Below are positions 9,215-21,018 of a DNA stretch of 64,000 nucleotides, piece by piece. The notes beneath the pieces are model-generated. The model searched no databases. It was not told the origin of the DNA and worked only from the letters and a program-made list of their open reading frames with translations. The DNA lies in the NCBI GenBank assembly GCA_039630245.1, contig JBCNVK010000003.1, positions 88,754-152,753 of the forward strand, read 5' to 3'. Made by a program: the position numbers and the translations under genes. This DNA is from Bacteroidia bacterium. GTDB taxonomy: Bacteria > Bacteroidota > Bacteroidia > SpSt-205. Numbering within the stretch: the stretch's first letter is position 1; every line of letters starts with the position of its first letter.

Positions 9215-11243
9215 GCGGTTTTATCTCCTACTTGTGCTGGTAGGGCTGGCGTGGGTAGGATTGGGAGTGCGGCTAGGGTATCTGCAGTGGAAGTACCAGG
9301 GCTTATCGCCCTACGAGCCATATACGAATCGGCCATATCTCCGTAAAGTGCGAGGTGAGCGCGGGAGCATCCTCGCTCGGGACAATACCGTGCTGGCTAC
9401 CAGTATGCCTTTTTTCCGTCTGGCGGTGGATCCCACGGCCTGGCAGGCCCAGGAGGTACAGGATTCGCTGGGTCTCTTAGCGCAGCGTCTTGCAAGCCTT
9501 TTCCCCCAAATTTATCCTGATCCGAATAAGCTCCATAAGTTTTTATGGGAGCGGTGGCAAGCTCGCGACCGCCATGTGTACCTTTTGCCGTACAAGTACC
9601 TTCTTACCTATTCCCAAAGGACCCAACTGGCTCAGCTTCCTCTCCTGAATGGGCGGCCGCGTGCCCTTATCGTGGAGAAAATTACCCATAAGCGCTCCTA
9701 TCCTTATGGCGGACTGGCGCGTGCTACGCTAGGGTACCTTGTGAGCGACTCGGTAGCCTGGCGCGGCTTAGAGAGCGCTTTCCACGAGAAGCTTCGCGGG
9801 GAGGAGCGTTGGATCCTCGTGCAGCGCCTACCCAGTGGGATAGAAGTGCCCTTAGAGGACTTAGCGGAGTATGAGCCGCAGCCGGGGGCTGACCTCTACA
9901 CTAGCCTAAATCCTCACCTTCAGGATATAGTTAGTCAGGCCCTTGCGCGTGCGATTGAGCGGCATAAAGCCCGAGGCGGAGTCGCTATCCTTATGGAAGT
10001 GCGCACGGGCGAAATCCTAGCCCTGGCTAACTGGGAGGAGAAATTCAACGATGCGGTTCTTACTCTGTGGGAGCCGGGCTCTACCTTCAAGGTAGCTACG
10101 GCAGCTGCACTCTTAGAGCTGGGCCTTTGGCGCCCCCAGGAGCGCCTATTGGTGCCTGCGGCACTTCAGGTGGCCGATCGCACGCTCTCGGATGGGCGTC
10201 CAGCCCTCTCCCTCACTTTGGAAGAAGCCCTTACCTTCTCTAGCAATGTAGCCTTTGCCACCGCCTGCTACCGTCTTTTAGGTAGTAAGCCCGAGACCTT
10301 CTACCAGCAGCTGGCCAAATTTCACCTCTTGAGTCGGACGGGCATTTCGCTTTACGGGGAGCCTGAGCCGACTTACATCCCCCCTCACAGCCGCCAGTTC
10401 AATTCCACCACCCTGCCCTGGCTTTCTATAGGCTATAACATTCGCCTTACGCCGCTTCAGCTTCTGAGCTTTTACAATGCTATTGCTAACGATGGGGTCT
10501 GGGTTCCGCCGCGTCTGGTGCGGGAGATACGGTATCCTAACGGTGAATCTGAGATACCGCCGCTACCGCCTTCTGAACGCATTCTTTCGGAACGCACCGC
10601 TCGCTACCTGCGCCAATTTCTGCGTAGCGTAGTAGAGAAAGGCACAGCTAAGGGGATTTACACCCCCCTCTACGCTATCGCAGGAAAGACGGGTACGGCC
10701 AAAAAGGTGGAGCATGGCGCCTATGTCAATCGCTATCGGGCTTCCTTTGTAGGCTTTTTCCCGGCGGAGCAGCCGCTCTATTCCTGCATCGTGGTCGTAG
10801 ATGACCCGCAGGAAGGGGGGTTCTATGGCGGCGAGGTGGCAGCCCCCGTTTTTCGGGAGATTGCTGATGCAATTGTATTTCGGGATTTGCGGATTGCCCC
10901 GCAGCCGCTTACGCCTAATGCAGCTCGACTTCAGCCCGCCTTACCCATACTTCCCAAAAAACAAGCTGTGACCCTTTACAATGAGCTGAATGTCTCCACG
11001 CCTGAGCGCCCGCCTACTGCATGGGTGAAAGCTATACCTACCATGCATTTTGTACGTTTTAACCCTTACAAGCCTCACCTTCCTGAGGGGGTGGTAGGCA
11101 TGAGCCTGCGCCAGGCCTGGCACCTTCTCCGCAGCCAGGGGTATGAGGTTTTTTGGACGGGCGAAGGACCCATAGTAGCCGCTCTAACGATGCGCAGGCC
11201 GAAAGAAATACTCCTTCATTTAGGCCATGAAACGACTAGGTGA
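9198..11243 (+). CDS. ftsI: Class B penicillin-binding protein (FtsI/PBP3) with C-terminal PASTA-like segment
   Basis: RGSILARD, EPGSTFK (SxxK), SSN and GKTGT motifs; dcw position. Confidence 0.9.
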   Translation: MSKVLKRFYLLLVLVGLAWVGLGVRLGYLQWKYQGLSPYEPYTNRPYLRKVRGERGSILARDNTVLATSMPFFRLAVDPTAWQAQEVQDSLGLLAQRLASLFPQIYPDPNKLHKFLWERWQARDRHVYLLPYKYLLTYSQRTQLAQLPLLNGRPRALIVEKITHKRSYPYGGLARATLGYLVSDSVAWRGLESAFHEKLRGEERWILVQRLPSGIEVPLEDLAEYEPQPGADLYTSLNPHLQDIVSQALARAIERHKARGGVAILMEVRTGEILALANWEEKFNDAVLTLWEPGSTFKVATAAALLELGLWRPQERLLVPAALQVADRTLSDGRPALSLTLEEALTFSSNVAFATACYRLLGSKPETFYQQLAKFHLLSRTGISLYGEPEPTYIPPHSRQFNSTTLPWLSIGYNIRLTPLQLLSFYNAIANDGVWVPPRLVREIRYPNGESEIPPLPPSERILSERTARYLRQFLRSVVEKGTAKGIYTPLYAIAGKTGTAKKVEHGAYVNRYRASFVGFFPAEQPLYSCIVVVDDPQEGGFYGGEVAAPVFREIADAIVFRDLRIAPQPLTPNAARLQPALPILPKKQAVTLYNELNVSTPERPPTAWVKAIPTMHFVRFNPYKPHLPEGVVGMSLRQAWHLLRSQGYEVFWTGEGPIVAALTMRRPKEILLHLGHETTR

Positions 11244-12763
11244 ACTGCTTGTAGGCCTTCCCGACACTCGGCTTCTGCAAGGTAGTGCGGAGCAGCCGAT
11301 TTTGGGGATTACGGCAGATAGCCGTCAGGTGCAGCCCGGCTTTCTCTTTGTAGCCTGGCGGGGCCGTTCTCTCGATGGCCACCGGTTTATTCCCGAAGCG
11401 ATAGCACGCGGCGCTACAGCCATACTCGCTGAGACCCCCATTGAAATCCCCCCCGAGCTGGCCTATATCCACACTACCCAAGCCCGGCGCGCCTATGCCC
11501 TTCTTTGCCGAAACTGGTTTGACTCACCGCAGCAGCATCTGCATATCGTTGGAATTACTGGTACAAACGGCAAGAGTTCTACGGCGTATTACCTGTACCA
11601 GCTTTGGCGGCAGTTAGGCTATCGGGCTGGTCTCATTGGTACGGTATTTTGTAAGGCGGACGAGGAGACCCTACCGGCTTCACTCACGACGCCAGATAGC
11701 TACGAGCTATATCGCCTGCTGGCCTATTTCCGCCAGAAAGGGATTACGCATGTGGCGATGGAGGTAAGCTCTATCGCCTTAGACCAATATCGCACAGAGG
11801 GCCTATCCTTTGCGGGGGCGGTATTTACAAACCTTTCGCACGATCACTTGGACTATCACGGCACCTTCACCGCCTACCGCGACGCAAAGAAGCGGCTTTT
11901 TGATGGGCTTTCGGCTGGCAGCTTTGCGCTTACGAATGTGGATGATCGGCACGGGCGATTTATGCTGCAGAATACCGCTGCGCGCGCGTATGGATATAGC
12001 TTAGAGGGGGGAGGCGAGTTTTATCTACGGCTTACCGAAGCTACACTCTGGGGACTTGAGTATAGGCTAGGCGTGCGGTTAGGTGGAATTTCGCGGCGGC
12101 GGGCCGAGCCGCTTCTTAGTGAAGAGGTAGAAGGGCTCTCAGCGGCCCTAATTGGGCGGTTTCAGGGCTACAACCTTTTGGCGGCGGTAGCCGCAGCCTT
12201 TTTGAGTAAGTGGGAGGGCCAGCAGAAAGACGGCTCTGCTTTATGGCGAGAGCTGGCGCGCTTGTCCACGCTTTTGCAGACGCTGCCGGGTCGGCTGGAG
12301 CCTGTGCCGCTTTCGGGCGAGCGGTTAGGACTTGTGGATTATGCCCATACGCCAGACGCCGTGGAGAAAGTCCTGCGTACCCTGCGTCCGCTGGTACCGC
12401 CGGGGGGCCAGCTGATCGTAGTTATAGGCGCAGGTGGCGACCGCGACCCCTCCAAGCGCGCTCCTATGGGCAAAGCCGCAGCCCTCTATGCCGATCGGAT
12501 TATTCTCACTAGCGATAACCCCCGTTCAGAGGACCCCTGGGCTATCATTCAGGCGATGGCGCAGGGCGTACCTCCTGCCCATCGGGACAAAGTCCTGTGC
12601 CTTCCGGATCGCCGAGAGGCCATTCGCACGGCTATTCAGCTTTCGCCTCCCCGCAGCCTTGTAGCTGTTTTAGGTAAAGGCCACGAAACCTATCAGGAAA
12701 TTCAGGGGAAGCGCTATCCCTTTAGCGACCGAGCGGTGCTTTTGGAATTAGCTGGCGTGGGGT

Positions 12764-12774
<11 letters not shown>
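11227..12774 (+). CDS. murE: UDP-N-acetylmuramoyl-L-alanyl-D-glutamate--2,6-diaminopimelate ligase
   Basis: GITGTNGKSS, MEVSS, DHLDYH, VDYAHTPD, DNPR (DAP specificity) and GKGHE motifs. Confidence 0.96.
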
Positions 12775-14169
<1,395 letters not shown>

Positions 14170-14173
<4 letters not shown>

Positions 14174-15546
14174 GCCAGCGAGTGGGGATATGGGGGCTGG
14201 GGGCTAGTGGGGTAGGTGCGGCGCTTTTGGGAAGGGCAAAAGGCTACGATATGGTGCTTGTGGCGGCTGAGCCTCCCACGCCTGCACGGGCGGCGCGCCT
14301 TCAACAGGCAGGCCTAAGCTGGATCGTGCAGGAAGACCCTTATGCCCTCCTGCGGGATACAGACCTTGTCGTACGCAGTCCAGGCATACCCCCTACTAAC
14401 CCCACGCTCCAGCGCCTGCTTGCGGATGGGAAGCCCGTGATTTCGGACCTGGAATGGGGCTGGCGCCATTTTCCCTCCCACGCGCGCCTTTGGCTGGTTA
14501 CGGGTAGCGCCGGTAAGTCCTCTACGACCTACCTTCTTACGCACCTTTTACATACCGCTGGGCGCCGTGCCGTAGCCTGCGGCAATATCGGCTACAGCTT
14601 CTGTCAGGCCATTTTAGAAGCCCAGGCGGACTACTTCGTAGTGGAAGCCAGTTCCTTTCAACTGCGGGATACCCTTACCCTTGTGCCGCGTTATCTGGTT
14701 TTGACGGGCTTAGTGCCAAATCATTTGGACTGGCATGGGAGCTGGCAGCAATATGTGGAGGATAAGCTTCATATTCTGCGTCGCCTTCCCTCTACGGTGG
14801 AGGTGATTCAGGAGGCGGGCAGTCCGTACTGGACGGAGGTCTTGCCCGCTTTTCCTACCCAGGCGCGCGTGTGGCGCTACCGGGAGGCGCCTGGCCCAGG
14901 GATTCATGCTTGGCTGGAAAACTCCAAACTCATCTGCGATATGGAGACCCTAGAGGATTCCGAAAAATGGGAAGTCTCCTACGAGGGGACGCCGCTTGTG
15001 GATTTGCCGCAGCGAAAAAATTCTCTGGCGGCAGCTATTGTAGCTCGGCTAGAAGGGCTTCGGCGGGCCGATTTGCGCCGTACCTTTGAGACGCTTCAAC
15101 GCCTTCCACACCGCTTAGAGCCTGTGGATGTGATTCAGGGGGTGCTGTATGTGAATGACTCCAAGGCTACTACGACAGATGCTGTATGGTATGCGCTTCA
15201 GAGTTTTCAGCGGCCCATAATCTGGATAGCGGGCGGCGTGGACAAGGGCAATGACTGGGGCGAGCTACTCAGTACGGTGCGAGCCAAGGTACGGGCCCTG
15301 ATTGTGATTGGGCGGGACACGCGCCGGCTGGAGGAGGCTTTTCAGCGGGAAGTGCCGGTTTTAGTTCGGGCTTCTTCTATGGAGGCGGCGGTACAGCAGG
15401 CGCATGCCTTAGCCCGGCCGGGCGATGTAGTCTTGCTCTCCCCGGCCTGCGCCAGTTTTGACTGGTTTGCTAGCTACGAGGCGCGCGGCCAAGCCTTTCG
15501 CGAAGCGGTGCAGCGGCTCAAAGAAGCCTATGAAGGCCAAGCCTAA
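14170..15546 (+). CDS. murD: UDP-N-acetylmuramoyl-L-alanine--D-glutamate ligase
   Basis: GLGASG, SPGIP, EASSFQL, NDSKAT and LLSPACASFD motifs. Confidence 0.95.
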
Positions 15547-16246
15547 CCCTTTTCGCCTTGGCCTTAGAGCTCTGCGACGCCCTTCACCTAAGCGCATTTA
15601 CCGCTTCCGCCGCCGAGTCAAGCGCCTGCAGGCCTACCTGGCGGTTTATACCTTTCCCGCTGAGCCGCCTATTTCCGAAGCGCTCCTTACGCTCTACCGT
15701 GCCGCAGGTAAGCTGCGTCAGGCCCACCTCATCCAGAAAGCCCTCAAACCCTACGGCCCACCTTGGTACAAGCTAGCCAAAAAGCGCCGTAAAAAGTGGC
15801 TGCGCCGTTTCCGCAGGGTCTGGAAAGCCACTTATAGAACGATTCGGGCGGATTTGCGCCGCTGGGCTGAATCCTTCCCACCGCCCTGGAAAAGTAGTTT
15901 GCGGATGCGCCGCTTCTGGCGCCACCAAGTACAAAATTGGGTAGAGGCACAAAAAAAGCGCGTTTTAGCTTTGCCTGAGGTGCCGACTACACCTGAGGCG
16001 CTTCATCAGGTTCGTCAGGCCTTGCGCCGCTGGGAGCTTGTAGGAAAATGGGCTGAGCTCCCCCTTATGCCCCCAGCGGCACTTACGCAGCTTTTAGGCG
16101 AAGCGCGCGACCTCTATCTACTTCTGCGCTGGCTTCGGAAAAAGGGCGCTTCCGAGGATTTTCTTCAGCCTATTGTAGCTGCTCAGCAGGAGAAGGAAAC
16201 CCAAGCACTGGAATTATGGCGAAGTTGGCGCTCCTCTTTATCCTAA
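15530..16246 (+). CDS. CHAD domain protein (basic, putative polyphosphate-binding)
   Basis: Two half-repeats, YRFRRRVKRLQAY..AGKLR and LHQVRQALRRW..LGEARD. Start placed at ATG 15530 overlapping murD (ORF track 15458). Confidence 0.7.
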   Translation: MKAKPNPFRLGLRALRRPSPKRIYRFRRRVKRLQAYLAVYTFPAEPPISEALLTLYRAAGKLRQAHLIQKALKPYGPPWYKLAKKRRKKWLRRFRRVWKATYRTIRADLRRWAESFPPPWKSSLRMRRFWRHQVQNWVEAQKKRVLALPEVPTTPEALHQVRQALRRWELVGKWAELPLMPPAALTQLLGEARDLYLLLRWLRKKGASEDFLQPIVAAQQEKETQALELWRSWRSSLS

Positions 16247-19185
16247 AGGCTCAGCAGCTACCTTTCCTGTGGGGGCCAGAGGCCCTTCACACGCAGGCCG
16301 AGCTAGCGGGCTTTCACGGCGCCCGAAGCTGGGGTCGCCAGCAGGCGCTGCTGTACAGTGAGGCTCTACCCATGGTAGTACCACAGCCACCCCCCTCCGA
16401 AATAGTGCCCTTGTGGGAAAAGTACGCGCAGTTTGATCTTCTGCGCGCCAGTGCACCAGCTGAGCTGCGCGCCTACGCCCTTGCGGAGACCCCTTCCTAC
16501 CGCAGTCAGCTAGCCCAATTCTATGCGGCTAAATACGCCTTTCTTCGGCGGGCCTATGGAGAAGTGCTGGATTATTTAGCTGGGACCCAGCCGCAGGACT
16601 TCCCCCCTGCTCTCCGAGCCGAAATGCAGTTTATGGAAGGTTATGCGGCGTATGCGCAGGGCGACCAGGGGCGGGCTCTGGCGCGGCTGCGCCCCCTTAC
16701 AGAAAAGCTCGGCCCTTTCCACGATGCAGCCAACTACTACGTGGGACTGATCTACTACGCCCGTGGGGATTGGAAGGCAGCGGCCGAATACCTTCAAGCC
16801 GTCCAGACGCGCCCACCTTATGCGCAAGAGGCGCCTTTATGGCTGGCATATGCCTTAGCTCAAGCGGGTGATATAGAAGGCTTAGAAGCTCAGGCGGAGC
16901 GCTGGATAAGTCTTACCCCACCTCCAGCTCATGCGGACACGCTGTGGAGCTTTGTGGCCGTTACCCTTGCCTATCATCGGCGCTGCGCTAGTGCCGAGCG
17001 GTATGCTAAACTGGTGGAGGCCAATCGCTTAGTCCGCTTCTGGCTTGGCTGGTGCGCCTATCAGCAAAGGCAGGATAGCCTAGCACTGCAGACTTGGGAG
17101 TCGCTGCTGGGGGTGCAGGATAGTTTGACCGCCTGGGCACGCTACGGCTGCGCACAGGCGCTCATACGCCTCAATCAGCCCGAGGAGGCTTTAGGTATGT
17201 TGCGTCAAATTCCGCCTAGCATGCGGCCACCCGCCCCCGAAGCCCTCTGGCTTTCGGCGCAGCTTAGTTGGCAGCTTCGCTTGTGGGCTTCGGGTCGGGA
17301 AGCGCTCCAAAGCTACCAGCGTCTCCCAGGCCTTCCCCGCCAGTTGGAGGCCCAGCGCTGGCTGGCCGAATTCTACGCGGCTGAGCGCCAGTATGCCGAA
17401 GCCCTGCGCCTTTTAGACAGCCTGCGCGACCCCAGCCTCCAAGAGCCGCGCCAGCGCCTACGCCTATTAGCTGGCCTTCAGGCCCTCTACGAAAAGGCCT
17501 ATACCGAAGCCGAAAGCCTTTTCGCTCAGAGTGCCCGTATAGGTGGGCCGCATTCCGCTACCGCGCTTTTCTGGCAGGCCGAAGCGCTCTACCGCCAAGG
17601 TAGCCTTACCAAAGCTATCGCCGCCTATCAAGCCTTCCTTCGCCATCCGCAGAGCAGCCAAAGTGCCTACTTTTGGGAAGCCCAATTAGCCTTAGCCTGG
17701 AGTCATTTGCAGCTGCATGCCTCCGAGGAAGCTCTGCGGATTAGTCAGCTGGTGCGCCAGAAAGCTCCAGCGAGCTACCGGCCCTTAGCTAGTTTTATCG
17801 CGGCGGGGGCTCTCTACCTCCAAAAGCGCTACACGGAGGCCTTAGGTCTTTACGAGCAGCTTCTGCATTCTTCGCTTCCCTCGGCTCAGGTGCGGTATCA
17901 TTTGGCCCAGACGCTGGCGCGCCTGGAGCGGTATGGCGAAGCCGAGCAGGTTCTGAGGGAAGTGCCACCGCAGGCGCCGGGGGCAGATGCAGCTCTTTAC
18001 TTACGCGCTGAACTCTGTGCGCTCTGGCTCAACCGGCCCGGCTGTACGAAAGAGGCCGCTGAGCTTCTCCTGCGCCACTTTCCGGCTTCACCGAAAGCCC
18101 CTCTGGCTCGGGCTCGGCTGGGCCTAGCCTTAGCCGAGCTCGGCGATAAAGCCGCCGCCCTCCAAACCCTGCGCCAGACCCTCGAAACCGCTACCCATCT
18201 GCCTGAAGCGGTACGCTTGGCTATGGAAGGCCTGCGCAACCTCCTCAGTCCCGCCGAGTTTGATACGCTCTACCAGAATTTCCTTCGTCGGCTTCCCCCT
18301 ACAAGCGAAATGCGTCTCAGTTTAGAGCGCGATCGGCTGGCCCAGCTTCGGGAAGCGGGGCAGTGGGCGTCGCTTCGCACCGAGGCCCTTCGCATTCGGC
18401 AGGCCTATCCAGCCTTAGAAGCTGAGGCCCTTCTGGCCTTAGGCCTAGCCTGTGAGAATCTGGGCGACACGGCGGCTGCCCTAACAAGCTACCAAGCCCT
18501 GGCAGCTTTTCCCGACTATGCCCTGCGGGCCTGGGAAAAGCTTGCCCGAATCTACCAAAGCCAAAATAGGATTAATGAAGCCTGGGCGGCTCAGGAGTCG
18601 CTCTTGCGTTGGCTGCCCTCCGCTGGCCCTTTACGAACCGAAGGACTCTTCGTATGGGCTGAGCTAGCCGTAGCCTTAGGCCGGGCCGACACGGCCCTCG
18701 AGGCTTTCCGTGTGCTCATAGCCGATCCGTTTCTGCGCCCTTGGTATCGCCAAAAAGCCCTCCTCACCTATGCGCTCCTCCAGGAAAAGATGGGCCAGTC
18801 CGACTCGGCGCTCTTCTACCTCCGCCAGGTGCAGAACCTAAATAAGAACGAACTGGCCGCCGAGGCGCTTTTTCATGAGGCGCGCCTGCTATTTGCCCAA
18901 GGGCGGCTGGAAGAGGCGCGCCGGCCTATCTACCGCTTGCGAGATGAGCTACCCGATTACACTGAGGCGCGCGCGAGGGCCTATCTTATTTTAGCCCAAA
19001 TCCAAATAAAGGAGAAAAAGTTCAAATCTGTACGACCTCTCTTAGCAAGCCTTATTGAAAATGCACCGACAGAGGAGATTCGCCGGCAGGCTCAGGCGCT
19101 GCGCGACTCACTTCCGCCCGATACCCTCCCCCCAGACAAGCCTAAAAAGCCTACCAAGCGCCCCCGTCCACGCAGCGATAAGTAG
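16216..19185 (+). CDS. Large exported tetratricopeptide-repeat protein
   Basis: Many TPR-like helical repeats (ANYYVGLIYY, ALFWQAEALY); short signal peptide ending A-Q. Confidence 0.85.
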   Translation: MAKLALLFILKAQQLPFLWGPEALHTQAELAGFHGARSWGRQQALLYSEALPMVVPQPPPSEIVPLWEKYAQFDLLRASAPAELRAYALAETPSYRSQLAQFYAAKYAFLRRAYGEVLDYLAGTQPQDFPPALRAEMQFMEGYAAYAQGDQGRALARLRPLTEKLGPFHDAANYYVGLIYYARGDWKAAAEYLQAVQTRPPYAQEAPLWLAYALAQAGDIEGLEAQAERWISLTPPPAHADTLWSFVAVTLAYHRRCASAERYAKLVEANRLVRFWLGWCAYQQRQDSLALQTWESLLGVQDSLTAWARYGCAQALIRLNQPEEALGMLRQIPPSMRPPAPEALWLSAQLSWQLRLWASGREALQSYQRLPGLPRQLEAQRWLAEFYAAERQYAEALRLLDSLRDPSLQEPRQRLRLLAGLQALYEKAYTEAESLFAQSARIGGPHSATALFWQAEALYRQGSLTKAIAAYQAFLRHPQSSQSAYFWEAQLALAWSHLQLHASEEALRISQLVRQKAPASYRPLASFIAAGALYLQKRYTEALGLYEQLLHSSLPSAQVRYHLAQTLARLERYGEAEQVLREVPPQAPGADAALYLRAELCALWLNRPGCTKEAAELLLRHFPASPKAPLARARLGLALAELGDKAAALQTLRQTLETATHLPEAVRLAMEGLRNLLSPAEFDTLYQNFLRRLPPTSEMRLSLERDRLAQLREAGQWASLRTEALRIRQAYPALEAEALLALGLACENLGDTAAALTSYQALAAFPDYALRAWEKLARIYQSQNRINEAWAAQESLLRWLPSAGPLRTEGLFVWAELAVALGRADTALEAFRVLIADPFLRPWYRQKALLTYALLQEKMGQSDSALFYLRQVQNLNKNELAAEALFHEARLLFAQGRLEEARRPIYRLRDELPDYTEARARAYLILAQIQIKEKKFKSVRPLLASLIENAPTEEIRRQAQALRDSLPPDTLPPDKPKKPTKRPRPRSDK

Positions 19186-19240
19186 CTGGGCCTCGCTGCC
19201 TAAAACGCCTAAGTCTTATCCAAGCCTGCAGCTAGGTTTA

Positions 19241-20953
19241 TCAGTCCCAAATGTCAAACTCCCACACAATTGCCACGTAGTAAGCCGTATCTTCGGCGTA
19301 ACAGCCGCCGCAATTCATATCTAGTCCTACAGCGATACGGTCACCGCGCTCAAAGGTATTATTCTGATAGCAGTTGAAGGCGCGCCAGTCGTTATCGTTG
19401 GCTCCATCTATGTCGCTCATGACGGCGTAGTTTCCGTTGAAGGAGCGGCAGATGCGGCCGCGAAACTCCGGATTAGAACCGCTATCAGCTCCTGCCCGGA
19501 TAATCACCCGTACGATACGCCCTCTGAAAGGTGCTACCCACTGCTGCCTATAATCATTCAAGCCTGGCGTACCTGTACCTCCTATTTGGCTGTCGTCGCA
19601 GCCATCACCCCCTGGACAGGGGAACCAGAGCACCCGATTGCCTGGATTGCCGGTCCATACGCTATTGTAGAGGGTGTGGTAGCTTACGTGGCGAAAGCGT
19701 CCAAATATTTCGCCACTGGATTGGATGCGCATGCGTTCCTCAGGAGCTGGATTACCAAGAGCACCAGGCGGGGCGGTGTAAAAGCGCAGGTGAGCGCTGT
19801 AATTTCCGTCATCTTCGCCGATGATTTGCGCGGCTGGGCCGCCAGGCCGCCCGCGCCAAGGCATAAAGTCTAAATACGTTCTACGATTTGGATCGCCACC
19901 TGATGAAAGGCGGAGGCGCCCCCCTACAGCGGTATTCCCTGCATTGAAGGCGTAAATCTCCAGCTGCACCTGTGGGTCTGTAATGCCAATCCCTACATTC
20001 CCGATTTCCGTAATTATCATGCGAGTATTCCAAGCTCCACCCCAGTCGTTTTGTATGGCTAAATCATGGTTTCCTGTAGCGAAGCCCCAGCGCGCTCCGG
20101 GTACATCATTGATAACCAGATGGCGACCCCCTCCCGCATGTCCCACCACGAGGAAGTGGTCGGGATTGCTATTGCCTATCCCTACATAGCCCGCGTTCGT
20201 GATGCGCATCCGCTCCACAAGCGTGCCACTGCCATCGGGGGTGGTGTGGAAGGTAATTCGCCCGGGCATATCCGTGCTTGTGCCGCCTGTAGCGTCCGTA
20301 GCCATCTCTATACGGGCAGCGGATGTGAAGCCCGTACCATTGTAGCCTTGGGCATCTATGCGGCCTAGGACTGTACCGGCTCCACTCGTCGCTGTGGGAT
20401 TATCTATCGTCCCTTGGGCTCGGCGGAGGAAAATTCTATTCACGGCACCATAAGTAGTAAAAAGCGCAACCTCATTATCGCTCGGCTGGCGAACATCCAG
20501 CCGAGCATCTGGATTAGTGGTGCCAATACCTAAATTGCCGACATTGGTGAGGCGCATGCGTTCTTGATTGTTAGTCCGAAAGGCTAGGCCTGTATTATCA
20601 GTGGTACCGATGAAATGCGTAGCGATATCTGTGCCACTATTCCCAGTCAAGCGCCAGAAGAGGCCGTTTCCATCGCTCCAGGCCGGTACGAAGTTAGCCC
20701 CGCTGGCGGTGCTACTTAGCACTTGGCCAGCTGAGCTGGGGGCCGCTAACCACAGGGGCGGGGTGTCAGCGCCGCCTGAATAAAGGAGGGCGCCTACGGC
20801 GCCAGCTTGACCATTCGGCATAAAAGCCCCATCTAAGCGCAGATTTCCACTAACATGCAGGCGTTCCGAGGGATTAGCCGTGCCTATCCCTACATTCTGC
20901 GCCCATATAAGCCCGCCTAAACCCAAGCAAGCCGCAATGGTGTAATGCCGCAC
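19241..20953 (-). CDS. Secreted GIGT-repeat, fibre-like protein
   Basis: Signal peptide ending WA-Q; repeated (N/Y)(V/L)GIG.(N/D)P and ERMRI units; W.LTGNSGT..FIGTTD..LAFRTNN module; Cys-containing C-terminal domain. Confidence 0.65.
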   Translation of the reverse strand: MRHYTIAACLGLGGLIWAQNVGIGTANPSERLHVSGNLRLDGAFMPNGQAGAVGALLYSGGADTPPLWLAAPSSAGQVLSSTASGANFVPAWSDGNGLFWRLTGNSGTDIATHFIGTTDNTGLAFRTNNQERMRLTNVGNLGIGTTNPDARLDVRQPSDNEVALFTTYGAVNRIFLRRAQGTIDNPTATSGAGTVLGRIDAQGYNGTGFTSAARIEMATDATGGTSTDMPGRITFHTTPDGSGTLVERMRITNAGYVGIGNSNPDHFLVVGHAGGGRHLVINDVPGARWGFATGNHDLAIQNDWGGAWNTRMIITEIGNVGIGITDPQVQLEIYAFNAGNTAVGGRLRLSSGGDPNRRTYLDFMPWRGRPGGPAAQIIGEDDGNYSAHLRFYTAPPGALGNPAPEERMRIQSSGEIFGRFRHVSYHTLYNSVWTGNPGNRVLWFPCPGGDGCDDSQIGGTGTPGLNDYRQQWVAPFRGRIVRVIIRAGADSGSNPEFRGRICRSFNGNYAVMSDIDGANDNDWRAFNCYQNNTFERGDRIAVGLDMNCGGCYAEDTAYYVAIVWEFDIWD

Positions 20954-21018
20954 AAAGGTAAATATACGAAAACGGAGCTTCCTGATAGAGCGAGCAAGGA
21001 GGGCGATAGCCCTCGGCG

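Noticed and set aside
20999-21014. Hairpin GAGGGC-GATA-GCCCTC after rng
   Set aside because: 6-bp stem without a U-tract; too weak to call a terminator
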